Shown here: one piece after another, positions 61,148 through 64,000 of the stretch
Layout of the letters: each line of letters opens with the position of its first letter
How positions within the stretch are numbered: position 1 is the first letter of the stretch
Source: an uncultured Chloroflexia bacterium
Lineage (GTDB): Bacteria; Chloroflexota; Limnocylindria; Limnocylindrales; CSP1-4
DNA: 64,000 nt
NCBI GenBank assembly: GCA_963833225.1
Contig: CAWHXD010000007.1
Span: 416,001-480,000 of the forward strand
Direction of reading: 5' to 3'
Notes under the pieces: generated by a model
Database searches by the model: none
What the model was told of the DNA's origin: nothing
What the model saw: the letters and a program-made list of their open reading frames with translations, nothing else
Made by a program: the position numbers and the translations under genes

Positions 61148-61711
61148 TCAGGCCTTCCGGACCTCGTCGCCGACGCGGACCATGCCACCCCGCACCACCC
61201 TGGTGTTCACGCCTCGCATCCGGAGCTCCCGACCCACCGGTCCGTTGATCCAGCGCAGGGCGTCGGCTCCGAATCGTTCCCTGAACTGCGAGCATCCGGT
61301 ATGGGGGGTCTCGCTCACCTCGAGCACGGCCTCACCGATCGCGAGCCGGCTCCCGGGCGGCAGGTTGGGGATCGACAGGTCCGCGTCCACCAGCAGCTGG
61401 TCCCCTGCGAGCGGCCAGCGGGAGCGGTCGGGCTCGATCGCGGCCAGGACCCGGGTGCTCATGATCGTGACCTGCGAATCCGGGTTGGCCGAGCCGTCCG
61501 GGCGCGAGGAGCTTCCCCTCGAGCGCCAGTTGTCACCGATGACGCCCTCGGCGATGTCGATCATGGCCTCGGTGACGACGTCGCGCTGTCCCGGGGCGGT
61601 CCGGAGGACGAGCAGCTCGACCCGGCCGCCGTCGGCGGGGGCTGCCCGGACGACGTCCAGGAACGGGTCAAAGTCACGAGTCGGGGCGGGGGTGGCGGGC
61701 ATCGGGTCCAT
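61148..61711 (-). CDS. MOSC domain protein
   Basis: AGDQL, PHTGCSQF, RGVNTRVVRGG. Confidence 0.87.
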   Translation of the reverse strand: MDPMPATPAPTRDFDPFLDVVRAAPADGGRVELLVLRTAPGQRDVVTEAMIDIAEGVIGDNWRSRGSSSRPDGSANPDSQVTIMSTRVLAAIEPDRSRWPLAGDQLLVDADLSIPNLPPGSRLAIGEAVLEVSETPHTGCSQFRERFGADALRWINGPVGRELRMRGVNTRVVRGGMVRVGDEVRKA

Positions 61712-61814
61712 GCCGCGCAGTGTCGCTCAACCCGGCCAGGCGTGCCCGCCGGCGGCGCGGTGTGGCTGGTCGCGGCCACTGGCCGGGGGCCCGGATCTGG
61801 CGCATCCTAGGGCC

Positions 61815-62759
61815 ATGACGACACCCTGGTTCGGCCTCCACCTGCCCCTCTACACCTTCCCCGATACACCGCCCGAGCGGCTGTTCGACCGTGTTGTCGA
61901 GCAGGCGCGCGCCGCCGAGGCGGCCGGCCTCTCGCTGCTCACGGTGATGGACCACCTCAACCAGATCCCGGGCGTCGGGCGCCAGGACGAGCCGATGCTC
62001 GAGGGCTGGTCCGTGCTCTCGGCGCTTGCCCGCGAGACGGAGCGGATCCGCCTGGGCACGCTCGTGTCCGGCGTGACCTACCGGAACCCGGCGCTGCTCG
62101 CGAAGACCGCGACCACGCTCGACGTCCTGTCCGGCGGGCGGGCGGTGTTCGGGTTCGGGGCGGCCTGGTTCGAGGCGGAGCACGAGAGCTTCGGGTTCGA
62201 CTTCCCGCCGATCGGCGAGCGCATGGACCGGCTCGACGAGGCGCTGACCATCGTGCGCGGCATGTTCGGCGCTGAGCGATCCTCGTTCGAGGGGCGGTTC
62301 TACCGGACGCGCGACGTCATCAACGTCCCGAGGCCGGTCCAGGCCGGCGGCCCGCCCATCCTCGTCGGCGGCGGTGGCGAGCAGCGCACCCTCCGGATCG
62401 CCGCCCGTCACGCGGACATGACCCACTGGTTCCCCCTCGGGCTCGATGTCCTTGCCCGCAAGACCGGGCTGCTCGCCGGGTACTGCGAGTCCATCGGGCG
62501 CGACCCGGCCGAAATTGAACGGACCCTGGCCGCGCCGGTCGTGGTCGCGGCAACGGAGGCGGAGGCCCGCTCGATGTGGGAGGAGCTCCCCCCGGAGCGG
62601 CGCGCGGATGTCACCTTCGGGACCCCGGAGGCGGCTGCCGAGGGTCTCCGACCGTACCTCGACGCGGGCTTCACCGGGTTCACGTTCCGCAACAACGCCC
62701 ATCGGACGGCGGACCAGATCGGGGTGCTCGGCGAGCTTCTGCGACTGGTTCAGGGCTAG
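61815..62759 (+). CDS. LLM-class (probably F420-dependent) oxidoreductase
   Basis: VMDH, TYRNPALLAK, LDVLSGGR, ILVGGGGE. Confidence 0.9.
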   Translation: MTTPWFGLHLPLYTFPDTPPERLFDRVVEQARAAEAAGLSLLTVMDHLNQIPGVGRQDEPMLEGWSVLSALARETERIRLGTLVSGVTYRNPALLAKTATTLDVLSGGRAVFGFGAAWFEAEHESFGFDFPPIGERMDRLDEALTIVRGMFGAERSSFEGRFYRTRDVINVPRPVQAGGPPILVGGGGEQRTLRIAARHADMTHWFPLGLDVLARKTGLLAGYCESIGRDPAEIERTLAAPVVVAATEAEARSMWEELPPERRADVTFGTPEAAAEGLRPYLDAGFTGFTFRNNAHRTADQIGVLGELLRLVQG

Positions 62760-62868
62760 CCCGCGAAGCCAGCTCTTCGCGGCGAGCTCCCCGCGTCGAG
62801 CTCCTCGCGGCCGCTCCGTTGCCGTATCGTTCCGTCATCACAGCCCGCGCTCACGGAGCCTGACGGAC

Positions 62869-63717
62869 GTGGAGATCGCCCTCGCCGAACCCCGGATCTA
62901 TGCGCTCGAGCCGCGCCTGCCCGTCGACGAGCTCCGGCATCGCGCGGAGGAGAAGAAGACGGGCGCGCTTGGGAGCGGCATCGGCGGCCTCATCGGGCGC
63001 CCCAGGCCGGAGGACGTGGTCCTGACCGCGAGCCAGCGCCGCGTGGAGCCGATCTGGCACGTGGCCTGCACCGCCCACTACGTCTACGACCGGGTGCGGC
63101 TCTACACCGTGCCGGCCAGCGCGAATGACGTCCGCTCGGTGACCGTGCTCGGATCGGACTACCCGGTCACGCCGCCCGGCAAGGGTCCGGGCGTGTTCGG
63201 TGTGGAGGTCCTGGAGCACTGCACCGAGGACATCCGCGATGAGCTGGTCGTGGATGGCATGACCGGCTCCGTGATGGGCAACGGCTCGGCCCTGCTGGCG
63301 GGCGACCGGACCGAGGTTGCGGACCCGTCCGCGCTGGCGGCCGACGACACGCTGGTCCTCGCCCCCGAGCAGCGGGCGTCGGCGATCGTGCGCCAGCTGC
63401 TGGCGAAGCTGCTCAAGCCGCTCCAGGCAGACACCGTGTTCGAGGAGTCGCTGGCTGTCGAGGTCCTGGAGCTGTGCTACCGGCCGATCTGGGCATTCGA
63501 GTTCCACCTGCCCGCGAAGGACCGGCGGGGCGTGGTGGAGGTGGATGGGCTGACCGGCGAGACGCGGACGGCCGGCGCCCTCCAGGTCCGGCAGCTGGCG
63601 CGACGGGTGAGCAAGGAAGCGTTGTTCGACATCGGCGCGGACACGGTGGGCCTGATCGTCCCGGGTGGGTCGGTCGCGGTCAAGCTGGCCCGGGTGGCGA
63701 TCGACCGCAGCTATTGA
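62869..63717 (+). CDS. Hypothetical protein
   Basis: Long ORF with typical codon usage; start uncertain. Confidence 0.75.
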   Translation: MEIALAEPRIYALEPRLPVDELRHRAEEKKTGALGSGIGGLIGRPRPEDVVLTASQRRVEPIWHVACTAHYVYDRVRLYTVPASANDVRSVTVLGSDYPVTPPGKGPGVFGVEVLEHCTEDIRDELVVDGMTGSVMGNGSALLAGDRTEVADPSALAADDTLVLAPEQRASAIVRQLLAKLLKPLQADTVFEESLAVEVLELCYRPIWAFEFHLPAKDRRGVVEVDGLTGETRTAGALQVRQLARRVSKEALFDIGADTVGLIVPGGSVAVKLARVAIDRSY

Positions 63718-63724
63718 GCCGCCT

Positions 63725-64000
63725 GTGACCGTGAGCACCACCGCGACCCCGGCGCGGACGGCTGACCTGTTTGCTCCCAGCCTGCGCGGCCTGACGCTCG
63801 GGCTCGTCTCGACGATCACGCTCGTCGCGCTGGAGTCGCTCGCGATCGGGACCGTGATGCCGATCGTTGCCGAGGAGCTGGGCGACCTCGCGCTGTACGG
63901 CTGGGTCTACTCGGCGTTCTTCCTCGGCAACCTCGTGGGGATCGTGATCGCCGGCGGGGCGCTGGACCGGATGCCGCTCCACCGCCCGTTCGCGGCGGGC
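63725..64000 (+). CDS. MFS transporter, N-terminal part (3' truncated)
   Basis: TLVALESLAIGTVMP...LYGWVYSAF...GGALDR. Confidence 0.8.
   Translation, partial: MTVSTTATPARTADLFAPSLRGLTLGLVSTITLVALESLAIGTVMPIVAEELGDLALYGWVYSAFFLGNLVGIVIAGGALDRMPLHRPFAAG

Overview
High-GC bacterial chromosomal window; a Chloroflexota-like origin is inferred from gene content and order, not proven. The backbone is the conserved dnaK...dnaJ-prmA-mtaB-HIT-rpsU-yqeY-7TM/HD-ybeY-pth-mfd string, split by inserts. Between dnaK and dnaJ lie a coupled gene pair sharing an LQRxAGN motif, a TetR-led menaquinone operon (menFDHBACE-G) whose MenE is fused to an alpha/beta hydrolase and which lacks menI, transporters, a uracil-DNA glycosylase and two PIN toxin-antitoxin pairs. 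After mfd there is a variable region of small genes. From 46.8 to 53.3 kb the genes are punctuated by eight same-strand copies of a degenerate ~27-bp motif, two of them inside a perfect 69-bp direct repeat. An IS110 element with discernible ends and candidate bridge-RNA guides sits next to one copy. Many housekeeping genes are frameshifted in local clusters, most likely from sequencing indels, so fine details need read-level confirmation. All family assignments come from motif recognition; no searches were run.
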